Part shown: positions 12,409-24,650 of the stretch, piece by piece | How positions within the stretch are numbered: position 1 is the first letter of the stretch | Layout: each line of letters starts with the position of its first letter | NCBI GenBank assembly: GCA_037379345.1 | Contig: CM074512.1 | Span: forward strand, 15,438,001 to 15,502,000 | DNA length: 64,000 nucleotides | Direction of reading: 5' to 3' | From: Perna viridis | Lineage: Eukaryota | Translations under genes and position numbers: made by a program | The notes under the pieces: model-generated | What the model was told of the DNA's origin: nothing | What the model saw: the letters and a program-made list of their open reading frames with translations, nothing else | Database searches by the model: none

Positions 12409-15400
12409 GTACTAACACAATTGAAATCCACTTGACATTTACGGAGCAAGGTTCGGTAAAATGTCACCCCCCCCCTACTTTCCACACACACACAAAAAAA
12501 GAAAACTTCAGACTTTCACCAAATTTGATGAAAATTACTAATACTTACAAAATAAGTTATACTGGAATTCAATAATATTATTCTATAATTCATATTAAAT
12601 TTGGCAACCGTCCTCAGATATGCATTTAAGACTAAAGAAAAAAATCACCAAGAATGGTCTGGGTAATAACACAAATATACATTATTTAAATTTTTTTCAG
12701 TTTCGAGACCATTCGTTTGCATCAGCATCGCCTGTAAGTACCCACAACACATGTATTTACATCATCTTCCTCCAACCACGCATGCACAGGGTATTACACG
12801 TGGTCTCATAGTAAAGATGACTTAACGCATATTGAAGAAACAAGATAATGATGGCGACTTTTGAAGAAAAATGACGTCAATTTTGAGGCTACAAAGTTTG
12901 TTTTGTAAAAAAACTTTAACTTGAACAACTAGATTTTTTTCACTAGTAACCTATGAAAATGCTTTAAACATATATCGGCATTTCAAACTCGACACATTCG
13001 ACAATTGGATTTTACATATACAGTACCTAATGTTTCAGTGTGCCATTTAGAGTGTTCGATATTGTTTTGTCCCATTAGTACTATACTTCCTATGGTTTTA
13101 AACCTATATTCAAAATGAACAAAAAAATGTAATTGCTGGTATTCTGGCAGTGTTGAATTTCTGTCCGTTTATAATTAATTTTGAGTTATCAAAAGTAATT
13201 TAAGACATTCTTTCATATGATTAGACTTCTGTCACAGTGTTAGTAATTTATGTTATTTGTGACATTAATCAAGGAAACTTTGAATTCAATTCGTTAAATG
13301 AGAAAAACAACACATGGTTATGACAAGGTAAATGTGAGTCATCTACTAGGGGTGCTCTGATTTTCTCAGAAGGTTATTTCATTATTTTAAAAATTCACAA
13401 TTCTGGTCAAAAACTATCTTCAACAGGTAAAAAATCAAATAGGTTTTCAAAAACTAGGTCTTTCACTAATTCACGATCTTTCAAGTATAGCTGATTGGGT
13501 TTCTACAGGGATCTTTAATAACTAGTAGTCTATTTACCGAGGCTGGAACGTTGAGAATTTTGATACCATCTACCATGGTTAAAATATGCAATATGTACTG
13601 GAATTGTCATCTAGTGTTAACACCTAGTGCTTTGTCCGCATAAGTTGACAGTTTGGCCTCGCACACAGCGGTTGAAACTATTCAACACCATATTTAATAA
13701 TGGATTTTACCGTACCATTTGTATTCCTATTACATAATTTTAATCAAATTGGAATAATTATCAACCAACCTTTGGACACGATACTGTACATCTATTATCT
13801 TTGCTCGAATATTAGTATTTACTATGGTTAGCCTTATCTTCCGGAGCTTGCATCAAGTGGTCTAACCTCCAGTGGCTATACCATTTATCCATTTATAAAA
13901 ATTGGCACATCGTGATCGATCTAACGGGGTTGATACCTTAGTGACTGGTTTAATGGGATGCCAAATTGTTGACTACCTGCTGGGGTTGACAACCACTGGA
14001 ATTTGTATCGGCTATGGTACCTAGTAGCCTGTTTACTTCAAATATAAGTTTTATCAATTGACCTACACCCCAATAACACATCTTATAAACCGACACCAAG
14101 TCAATTTCAGTACTGAAGCGAAAATTTCATATCCTTGTCGTCATAGTGTAAATGATGCTTAGACATGATGTGTAAATTGTACTTACTTTTTCATCTACCC
14201 TAACTTCCCATTTAATGAACACAAGTTTTTAATGACGTAGGTGTTCTTATCAACTTATGTTGGCATAGATATATATATATATACATTCAATGCAAAGCAG
14301 AAATTTTAATGCGAATCAAGTTAACTATTACTGGAATTTGGTGTAATAGTGGACAAATTTCACAATATCTATATTCGACTGTATTACTGTAGCTCTATTT
14401 GAATTTCATGCTTTTTAATTTATTTATCAGATTTGTAAGGTATAAATAACACCAGCTTACTTCAACAGTCAGGGGATTTACTTCCCATCTTTGCCTAATT
14501 GTTCGAAAGAAAACTCACCATATCAATAATATTACCTTATTGAATGACCGTTTGAATAAATATTTAGAATCTAACAAAAAATTAATACAAAGCTTATCGA
14601 CTTTTGATAAAAGGAACCAGTGAAGTGTGCTGACTACTTGTCAAAAACTGAGAGAAAACTATCAAAGGGAAATCCTTGTTGATGAAGCACAATGAGTATA
14701 GCTATCCTCTCCTTAATCCATGTCTAATTAAAAAGAGCAGATATTGTGTAATGAAGTCCCCAACAGATCGATCGCTATGTAAAGTATTACATTATTTAAT
14801 TACTCTTCTATCTGTCAAGAAAATCTTCTTGTCGATAAACCCGTCATAAACTCAAGCCATTCCGACTCACCACTAGGATTATCGCAAGCTTGAACCAATT
14901 ACTGCGCATGTTCACGGCAATGGCTTGATTGATACATCGCTTTCGGTAGTCCAGGCCAACCCAGCTCGTTAATTATACCACGCTTTTTTTTGTTGGATCT
15001 CATGGTAATGTAGAAAACGAACATGCATATTGTTATGTCAACTTAAAAATCTAGTACATGTAAATTTAATTGCAAAATTCAACGTGATTACAAGAAATCA
15101 CTGGCTCCATATTTAAACGGCATGTATTTGGCTTCTTTCTCACGCAGCGGGCTGTTGATCTTTTAATGAAGAATTCCTAAAGTAAAGACTTGGAAATTCT
15201 AGTTACATGATAATTTAATTCAATTTCTTCCCTTATTACGGGAAAACGAAGCCTGTCAATAAATGGCTGTCGACCTGACCAATGTGAAGTCGCAGCAAGA
15301 AACCTATTAAAACCTGGCTACTGTTTTATATGTGCCCATCATTGAAATGTTTGGGTTTTACTTAAACTTTATTGAAAAGACCAAGCAGAATTGATTGGAT

Positions 15401-16524
15401 ATGTTCTCAGCAAATATTTTTTTCAAAGATTTTTAAGGTATATCTAAATATATATCACTACCCTTCTTAAAATCTTGCTTTCATCTTCAAAATGTCTAGA
15501 CTGGTACGCTTGAACCATTTTTCAGGACCTAGGAAATTGAATGAAATATTTGGCAGTAAAATTATTTTCTTAATACCCTCTCAGCTTGAAAGTAGAAGAA
15601 AATACGAATATATAACCTTGGCATCATTTCAGCTAAAAGAATAAAGGTAGAAATACTAAGCGACCGCGGCGATTACGTTGTAACCATGTCAACATAGCAA
15701 TTATCAACTAGCCTTGATGGGTTGCACTCTTGGCAGAATTAGAGACGAACAGAAGCCAAATGTTTCTCACTTATGGACAAGCAGATTGCATAAGAAGAAT
15801 GTGTCGGCAGCTGTGTGTTATGTCTACTTTGCAGTCTATAACCTTTGCCAAGTAATAGATTCACAACTTCAAATTAATAAAGAACCGATGAAAAATATAA
15901 AGTGATGATATGCAATGTCAAGATACACAAGTGTTGTGGTGATTAGAAGGAAGATCGCTACATTGAAAATAATGCACTTGTACTTAGTTGTGTATTATGG
16001 AAAACGCCCATTGCCATGAAAATACAAGACAATCAGGAAAGGAAACACGTCAACTCTTTTCCCCTTTAAATCAAAGCAAGTTTAAGCCCGGAAACAGCTA
16101 TGTCCAGAATGATAGGCGATCTGAATATTTCCAAGCTGTGTGTTCGAATTGCGTCATTATCCAAATCTTATTCACAAAAATCTATCCAGTAGATTAGGAG
16201 AAAAAGTAGATAGAAATGCGTGAGACTAACGGATGGACGGACACCCTGGTCACTATTTACAGCCCTGATTTAAAGCGGGGTATTGGCATGTCAACAGATT
16301 ATGCCAACATCATTATACCTTATTGAGTCATACGGCGAAGTTAAATTGGCGCAAATAAGTTCTTTGCCAAACCTTGGCTTCTTGAACCGCTCAAATTACA
16401 ATTTACAAATATCGATTCAAATACCAAAGTCAAACATGGAAACCCACTGATGCATGAAGTAAAATACTTCCTCAAAATATATAAGGCGTTTTAAAAGTTT
16501 TAAGCGGGTGTTGCGTATTGGCAA

Positions 16525-16761
16525 GTCCGTTCGCCCTTCCCAGTCGTTTAGGGCGCTGGACTTTGTGTAGGCGGTGTTGCCATAGATGTCTCAGCGGTAC
16601 GAGTTCGTATCCCGCGGAGGAAACGACCAAAAATTTGCTTCGCAAATCTGACAGTTCTAACATCGTTGGGAATTTTTCAGACCCTCCTATGCTTAAATTA
16701 TCTCCCTGTATCAATCTGATCCGATGGAGAAGTGTAGCGAATAGAGTCGTCACATTCTGAG

Positions 16762-16790
<29 letters not shown>
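16525..16790 (+). mobile_element. tRNA-derived SINE with (CA)n tail
   Basis: GC-rich island with degenerate A box, B-box-like GAGTTCGTATCCC (16601-16613), body accaaaaatttg..tctaacatcgttggg, ending in (CA)n 16762-16784. Confidence 0.65.
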
Positions 16791-16793
<3 letters not shown>

Positions 16794-18822
16794 CATGTTA
16801 TGGGTCAAGGTCAATTGAAAAGTGGTGTCAAAGCACGCGAAGAGAGGAGGCATGTCATATGCAAAAACACACTTAATTGCATGATAACGAAAATTAAAAG
16901 AAAATATTGAGTGAAAAGTCAACATATACCATGATACATGATTTTCAAGGAGATTACATTTGACATCTATGTACCAAACACCATCCATATGTAGATCAAA
17001 TGTTGATTTTATAAAATCTGCGTTTTGAAACACATTTTAACAAACATAGTTCAACCGAAAACATGATGTCAAAGTATAAGCCATCTGTACCCAGTTTTGT
17101 CAAATACAAATAATATGTATCTATATGTGAAAACTGAACGCCATGATAATATCATTTAATGTATATCATGTGTATTATTCACTTCTTAGTATACCATTCC
17201 AAGATAAGAAAAAAGATGCGAAATGGTTAAATATACGGTTCAGTTATGGGGACGCAAAAGTACGGTTAACTGTTCAGAATGAAGTTAACAGAGAAAATTA
17301 TAAATCTTGGTATAACCGAGATGATCATAAATACATAACAAACATTTGGTTGTACGAGAGCGTGATAACCTCTCTATCAGGAACATCGCCAGGTTTCTAA
17401 TAGTTATAACAAAAAAAGTGACAACGGACAAAAACTAGAAGCGTAGCAAGTCCTTTATAGTTTATTTTACTGCCATCTTCTATTAGAAAAAAATCTATGT
17501 AAAAATGATTAAAATAGTGAAAGACTTAAAAGACCAGCTATCATATTATATAGGTATCGAAAGTTGGAGAGGTTCTGACCAAGGTCCAAAATGAACGTTA
17601 TCACTACCTGTACATTTATATTAAACGTAAAGATCGATTCGTAACGCTGCAATGTTAAAATATGCAACAATATTAGTAGCCCATAATTCGGAAAACCAGT
17701 ATATTAATATTTAATCGAAAAGGGCGATTAAACTAATGATGTTTTCAACCTGCGCAGACCTGCACAGTTTCCAGTCTGGTGATTTTTGTGCCTGGGGCTG
17801 CTAATGTTAGACACATTCAAGCATACCGATTGACCTCAAGGTCCATATTAATATCAAATATTCATAACCAGTTGTTTTTTATATTGACGTAACATACATC
17901 GAGGACATTTAATTTATTGTATGGGACCTATTTACTACCAATCTGCATTCTATTATTCGTGTACTTTCCATTTAATATCAAATTACTCACTGTGGTCAAT
18001 AAACATATTCCTGTTTTAATATAACGTTTAAGTTATAAACAAACAAGAAATTGTTAAATCGTAAACTCTTAACAGCTGTGTGCAATAAGGCGATGCATAT
18101 CATACTAGAAATTTGTTTTATTTGCAAACTTGAGTGCACACTGCATATGATAATGTTTTTTACCACTCCAGGACACATCGGCTGGGTCAGATTACAATCG
18201 CCGACCAATGGCAGACCGTCTCAACCTACCTACTCTGTCCTTTTGGGGTCATCGTTTCTATGATCATTGTGTGGGTCAAAATGGTTGAATCCATTCTATT
18301 TTAAAATGGGGAAATTGATTGGTTACGTGTTTTTCTGACCATGTGATGTAATGGTAGATTGCAGGTGATTTCTATTATGTGTAAACACTTGCACTGGTTA
18401 TATAGATTACATAACAACGTTAGATGTTTACAATGGAAACATAGAATGAGTAATGAAATGCCCACAACTATTCAAATTTGAAAAAGGGAGTTTACTTACT
18501 TAAGTGAGATCAGCGGTGTCATTATAATAAGCAAAAGTAAAATTATTTTATTTTTGTTGTGTCTAAAAGAATAGATACCAGGAGTGGTGATGGGGGATTA
18601 TTGTACTTGTATGCACGTCATTGTGAAAGGGTTGTTCGGTAAACATCAACATCGTTTGGAAAAATCAAATTCGTGATATTGGCAGAAAAACGGACCTATT
18701 TATCCAATAGGCGAAAACACTTCTTACATGTACAACTTCATTTGTTTAACAAAAATGGAAGCTAAGTAGTACCAAAGCCGTTTTGAATTTTTTTCGGTTC
18801 TTTTTTTAGCAGTCGACGATTG

Positions 18823-19301
18823 GGGTATACCTTTCACGGAGTTATACCTCTTTTGTTGTTGGTATAGATATAGCAGGGTAAACCTTTGACACAGAGATGC
18901 CTCGTCTGCTGTAGGTGTAGAAGTAGCAGAGTAAACCTTTCATAGAAAGATGCCTCGCCTGTTGTAGGTATAAATATAGCAGGGTAAACCTTTCATAGAG
19001 ATATGCCTCGTCTGTTGTTGGTATAGATATATTAGAGTAAACCTTTCACAGAGATATCCCTCGTCTGTTGTTAGTATAGATATAGCAGAGTAAACTTTTC
19101 ATAGATATATGCCTCGACTGTTATAGGTATAAATAGAACAGAGTGAACCTTTCGCAGAAAGATGCCTCGTCTGTTGTTGGTATAGATATAGCAGAGTAAA
19201 CATTTCACAGAGATATCCCTGTCTGTTGTAAGCGTAGATATAGTGGTGGTAACATTTCACAAAGATACACATTGTGTTGTTTGCGTGAATATGTTTGGGG
19301 A
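18823..19301 (+). repeat. 53-bp minisatellite (~9 copies; resumes briefly after the SINE at 19822)
   Basis: Unit gagtaaacctttcacagagatatgcctcgtctgttgttggtatagatatagca at 18876, 18929, 18982 ... 19141, 19194. Confidence 0.92.
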
Positions 19302-19821
19302 TTGATTGGTTGATTGTTAGAGTTTAACGCCTGAGCAGCATTATTTCAGCTATATTCAGGCGATGAACATGAAATGAATGAATAAAATGAACATGGAATA
19401 ATGTTATGAAAAGTTGGATGGGACACAAGGATAATGGGATCAACGAATTTTGCTTGCCACTTGAAACAGGGAGAGGTGGGTAGGGTCGGGCAATTTAATC
19501 TCCTGTGGCAGAGCGCAAAGGTTCCTACTCCGAAAGAATATCACAGAAGGGATCTTTAACGTGCGAGGAACGTGGCATTTTTCCCAACATGGTGCATCAC
19601 AATGGTTTGCGGTCAGGTTTTCCGTATTATGACCTGACGACCCCAGCATATAGCATGCCAGGGGTACCCCATTCCACCACCTGGGGCACACAACTCAGTT
19701 GCTCTGTGGGCAAAACGCCCTAGCCCCAGGCCAGGGTTTTGAGCACTATTTAGTCGCCTTTTACGACAAGCTTAGCGATGCTGTGGGCCTATTTTTTTTG
19801 ACACCCGGACCTGCACGGGGC
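19302..19821 (-). mobile_element. SINE-like retroelement, family A copy 1
   Basis: ~520 bp; (CAAT)n-like tail; 15-bp TSD gaatatgtttgggga (19287-19301) / gaatatgtcggggga (19822-19836). Confidence 0.88.
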
Positions 19822-19959
19822 GAATATGTCGGGGGAAAACCTTTCATTGATTATGTCCTCACCTGTTAAAAAAACTAGACGTTATCTAATAATCACTTTT
19901 GGTAGAACTGGATTTTAATTCAAACAGAAATATGTGTCGAATGTTTTAGAACCACGTAT

Positions 19960-20400
19960 ATCCACCCACTGAGATATGTCTTACCTGATGCACCTCTCAT
20001 AGATACAATTCTTGCTTGGTGTAACGAAATAGAACCCATCTTTCTCTCTCACTGGGTCATGTCTTACTAATACCTGATGTAGATCTAGATAAAACCACTC
20101 ACTGATATATTTCTCGCCTGCTGTATAACCAGACAGAACATCTCACTGAGATATGTCTTGCCTGATGCAGATCTTGATACTACCTCTCATATACATTTCT
20201 CGCGTGTTGTAGAACTAGACTAAACCCCTCAGAGATATTGCACCAGTTATAGATAAAACCTATCACAGAGAAATGTATCGCTTGTTGTACACAATATATA
20301 ACAATAAATATCTTACGGTGATGTGTCTCACCTATTGTAAACTCTTAACTGAGATATTAAATTCTTCGACCGTTGCAAAACTAGATACAACCTCTCAAAA
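19960..20400 (+). repeat. Degenerate ~43-bp minisatellite related to the 53-bp array
   Basis: Recurring aacc(t/a)ctcactgagatatgtctcgcctg..gtaga..tagat at ~20093, 20137, 20181, 20223. Confidence 0.7.
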
Positions 20401-20465
20401 AGGATACACACATGTGGCCTCATTTTCTTAGCTAATAATGGACTAAAATCTCAAATATCGATCAA

Positions 20466-20795
20466 TTGATTGATTGATTGTGGTTTAGCGTTCTTTGGTA
20501 GATCCATATTTCCTACATATCTGGACGATAGAATAGACCCTGCTTCGTAATAGTCCAAAACGCTGGACCGGATTCTTAATGTGCTAGCTCACAGAAGCAA
20601 GAGTCCGCAGGTAAGCAAGCCATTTCACTCGGACACATTATTCCGACTCGAAGCAAAGCAGCCCTCACTATATCCGATATGGCGCGTGCCCGGTGGAGAA
20701 TGCCTATTTAAAATCTGGCATGACTCGACCGGGGATCGAACCCAATACCCCTAGCACTCGAGGGGAAAAGCTTACTACTACAAGACCACCGAGGT
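20466..20795 (-). mobile_element. tRNA-derived SINE (Meta/MESC-core-like)
   Basis: Minus strand: A-box-like GGTGGTCTTGTAGT, B box GGTTCGATCC (20742-20733), core ATAATGTGTCCGAGTG...GCGGACT..TGAGCTAGCAC, (CAAT)n tail. Confidence 0.8.
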
Positions 20796-22415
20796 ACGAA
20801 ATGAAAAATAAATATTTTCATACAGCTTATCAGCTAACTTTATGTATAATAAAATATTCTGAAAAGTATGGTATAAATTGCTAATGCTGGAGGAAAGTAG
20901 AGACACAATGTATACAACAGCGACCCTTTTGATTTTAGTGCTACTTTTATGTATCATGCAGTCAATGATTACCAACAATATACACATACACATGTATTAA
21001 TACCGAGGGAAATAGTGATGGACTGCCCTTAAACAAGTCGACTTTCTTCGTAATTTTGAGGATTGCGAGGTAAGGGAGGTAATACCACTGTTTATTACTT
21101 CGATGCAATCAGTGTTAATACAATTTCATCTTTTTAAACATCTTTTAGCCTTTCCACCTGATCAAAGATAAGGCTTTACTTTTCAGTATGTCTTTAATCT
21201 TTATAATTGTAAACAACATGACAATGCACGTCTTTGTATATGCAATAACAAAAATTAAAATTTCTAGGTAATGACAATAGAAATGCAAATGATGAGACGT
21301 TTTGGTTGACTTGCACACAAAGCCATGCCTTCCGGACATCGGCGCAATATCTGCAATCAAAAGTGACATTTATAGCACATAATATTTTTGATCCTTGGTT
21401 GACTATTAACAAGTAGTACTTGAATGAGGCAAAACTGACGACCTTAGTGCCATTCAATTGGCTACAACCAGGATCAAGGGTGATAGAATGACATGCTATT
21501 AAAATTTCTAGACATGTCCTTCAGGTGCAAATTTTATATATATAGAGAGTGATCAATTATGACAAATTTGAAATGCTTAGACAAAAGGTCATCAATTTTT
21601 TGCATAATACTTGTAAAGTTATCATGTGTTGTTTTTTTTTGTCTTAGCTAATCGGTGTTTTTCTTTGCACTAAAGGTAAATTAAGGTCGTGTGAATTTTA
21701 ATCAAACGTGACCGAAAGTCGAATCTCAGGAGGAATTTGTGCAATGAAATGGAAAGCAAAGATGAGTTGAATTGTAGTTTTACAATTGGACAATCGTGCG
21801 TGTATCGTTAATGAAAAAAAGATGATTTCTCAACCTGTAAGAACTTAAGCTTAGGGGCCTCCAGAGCAAAACTCGAGAATGAAAAGTGTTCCAATACTGA
21901 GAAGCATCAAAATGGTCAACCGCACTCTTTTATAAGAGTTATTTATAAGAATTGAATGCTTTATTTTTCATTTTTTTCAAAAAAACATCAATAATGAAAT
22001 ATTTAATTATTTTAATAACATTTCATATGTTTCTCTTATTTTACTTCTATTTCATTGTAAGATACATATATACATAGGAAATAGGTTATACCTAGTGCTC
22101 AATAAAAAAAGTCCACTTAATAGTGGATGTGGTTGTGTAAATATGTGTTGCATCGACTTGTGAAATATCATGTATAAAGCCGATTGTCCAATTTAACAAG
22201 CGTATTTAAAGGTATGCAGACATGAGAAATTATGTCCATTACTAATGGGAAAAAGCTAGACACCCGAAGTCAAGCTCAAATATCTATAAGGAAAAAAAGG
22301 ATGCCAGAGAGAAAATCCGAAATGTTCAAGGACAACAAGCGTCAGAAGAACTTAATGAACTACAGCAGGTAGTAGTACCTTCATGATGCTACGGGGAGAG
22401 AAAATAACCTCTTCC

Positions 22416-24650
22416 ATAAACAAAGGACTACTGGTAGAAAGGAAGTCAACAATTTCAAAGTCAATGACTTGGATATAATATCACCACAAGAAATAAACAA
22501 AGGACTACTGGTAGAAAGGAAGTCAACAGTCTCAAAGTCAATGACTTGGATATGATATCACCACAAGAAATAAACAAAGGACTACTGGTAGAAAGGAAGT
22601 CAACAATCTCAAAGTCAATGACTTGGATATGATATCACCACGAGAAATAAAAAAACGACTACTGGTAGAAAGGAAGTCAACAGTCTCAAAGTCAATGACT
22701 TGGATATAATATCACCACAAGAAATAAACAAAGGACTACTGGTGGAAAGGAAGTCAACAGTCTCAAAGCCAATGACTTGGATATGATATCACCACAAGAA
22801 ATAAACAAAGAACTACTGGTAGAAAGGAAGTCAACAGTCTCAAAGTCAATGACTCGAATATGATATCACCACAAGAAATAAACAAAGGACTATTGGTAGA
22901 AAAGAAGTCAACAGTCTAAAAGTCAATGACTTGGATATAATATCACCACAAGAAATAAACAAAGGACTACTGGTAGAAAGGAAATCAATAATCTCAGTCA
23001 ATGATTGATTGATTGATTGATTGTTGGGGTTTAGAGTCCGAGCAGCAATATTTCAGCTATATTCAGACGATGAACATGAAAGGAATAATAAAATGAACAT
23101 GAAATGATGATGAAATGAAAAAAAGGGGATGGGACACAAGGATAATAGAGTAGACAAATTTTGATTGCCACTAGAAAAAGGAAGGGATGGGTAAGGTCGG
23201 GCAATTTAATCTCCTGTGCCGAAGCGCAAAGGTTCGTACTCCTATCGAATACCACAGCAGGGTTCTTTAACGTACAAGGAACGTGGCATCTTTCCCAACA
23301 CGGTGCACCACTATGGTTTGTGGTCAGATTTTCCGTATTATAGCCTGACAACCCCAGCATGTAACACAACAGGGGTACCTCATTCCACCACCTGGGGCAC
23401 ACATCCCAGTTGCTCTGTGGGTAGAGCGCCTAGCCCCCGGCTAGGTTTCTGAGCACTATTTAGTCGCCTTTTACGACAAGCTTAACGCTGCTGCAGGCCT
23501 ATTCTTTTAACACCCGGACCTGCACGGGCCTCAAAGTCAATGACTTGGATATGACAACACCATAAGAAATAAACAAAGGACTACTGGTAGAAAGGAAGTC
23601 AACAATCTCAAAGTCAGTGACTTGGATATGATTTCACAAGAAAAAAACAAAGGACTACTGGTAGAAAGGAAGTCAACAGTCTCAAAGTCAATGACTTGGA
23701 TGTGATATCACCACAAGAAATAAACAAAGGACTACTGGTAGAAAGGAAGTCAACTGTCTCAAAGTCAATGACTTGGATATGATTTCACCACAAGAAATAA
23801 ACAAAGGACGACTGGTAGAAAGGAAGTCACCAATCTCAAAGTCAATGACTTGGATATACTATCACCACAAGAAATAAACAAAGGACTACTGGTAGAAAGG
23901 AAGTCAACAGTCTCAAAGTCAATGACTTGGATATGATATCACCACAAGAAATAAACAAAGGACTACCGGTAGAAAGGAAGTCAACAGTCTCAAAGTCAAT
24001 GACTTGGATATGATATCACCACAAGAAATAAACAAAGGACTACTGGTAGAAAGGAAGTCACCAATCTCAAAGTCAATGATTTGGATATGATATCACCACA
24101 AGAAATAAACAAAGGACTACTGGTAGAAAGGAAGTCAATAGTCTCAAAGTCAATGACTTGGATATGATATCACCACAAGAAATTAAAAAAAACGACTACT
24201 GGTAGAAAGGAAGTCAACAGTCTCAAAGTCAATGACTTGGATATGATATCACCACAAGAAATAAACAAAGGACTACTGGTAGAAAAGAAGTCAACAGTCT
24301 CAAAGTCAATGACTTGGATATAATATCACCACAAGAAATAAACAAAGAACTACTGGTAGAAAGGAAGTCACCAATCTCAAAGTCAATGACTTGGATATAA
24401 TATCACCACAAGAAATAAACAAAGGACTACTGGTTGAAAGGAAGTCAACTGTCTCAAAGTCAATGACTTGGATATGATATCACCACAAGAAATAAAAAAA
24501 ACGACTACTGGTAGAAAGGAAGTCAACAATCTCAAAGTCAATGACTTGGATATGATTTCACAAGAAATAAACAAAGGACTACTGGTAGAAAGGAAATCAA
24601 TAATCTCAAAGTCAATGACTTGGATGTGATATCATCACAAGAAATAAACA
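22416..24650 (+). repeat. 77-bp tandem satellite, ~22 copies, split by a SINE insertion
   Basis: Unit ggactactggtagaaaggaagtcaacagtctcaaagtcaatgacttggatatgatatcaccacaagaaataaacaaa, period 77 (22425, 22502, ...). Confidence 0.97.
23005..23529 (-). mobile_element. SINE-like retroelement, family A copy 2
   Basis: ~525 bp, colinear with 19302-19821; (CAAT)n 3' tail; TSD ctc(aa)agtcaatga at 22993-23004 / 23530-23543; central CACGTTAAAGA.CCC...GAGTA segment resembles the Deu/Nin SINE core. Confidence 0.88.

Noticed and set aside
22416-24650. Regular array that might suggest CRISPR
   Set aside because: Head-to-tail units with no unique spacers, no cas genes, eukaryotic context.
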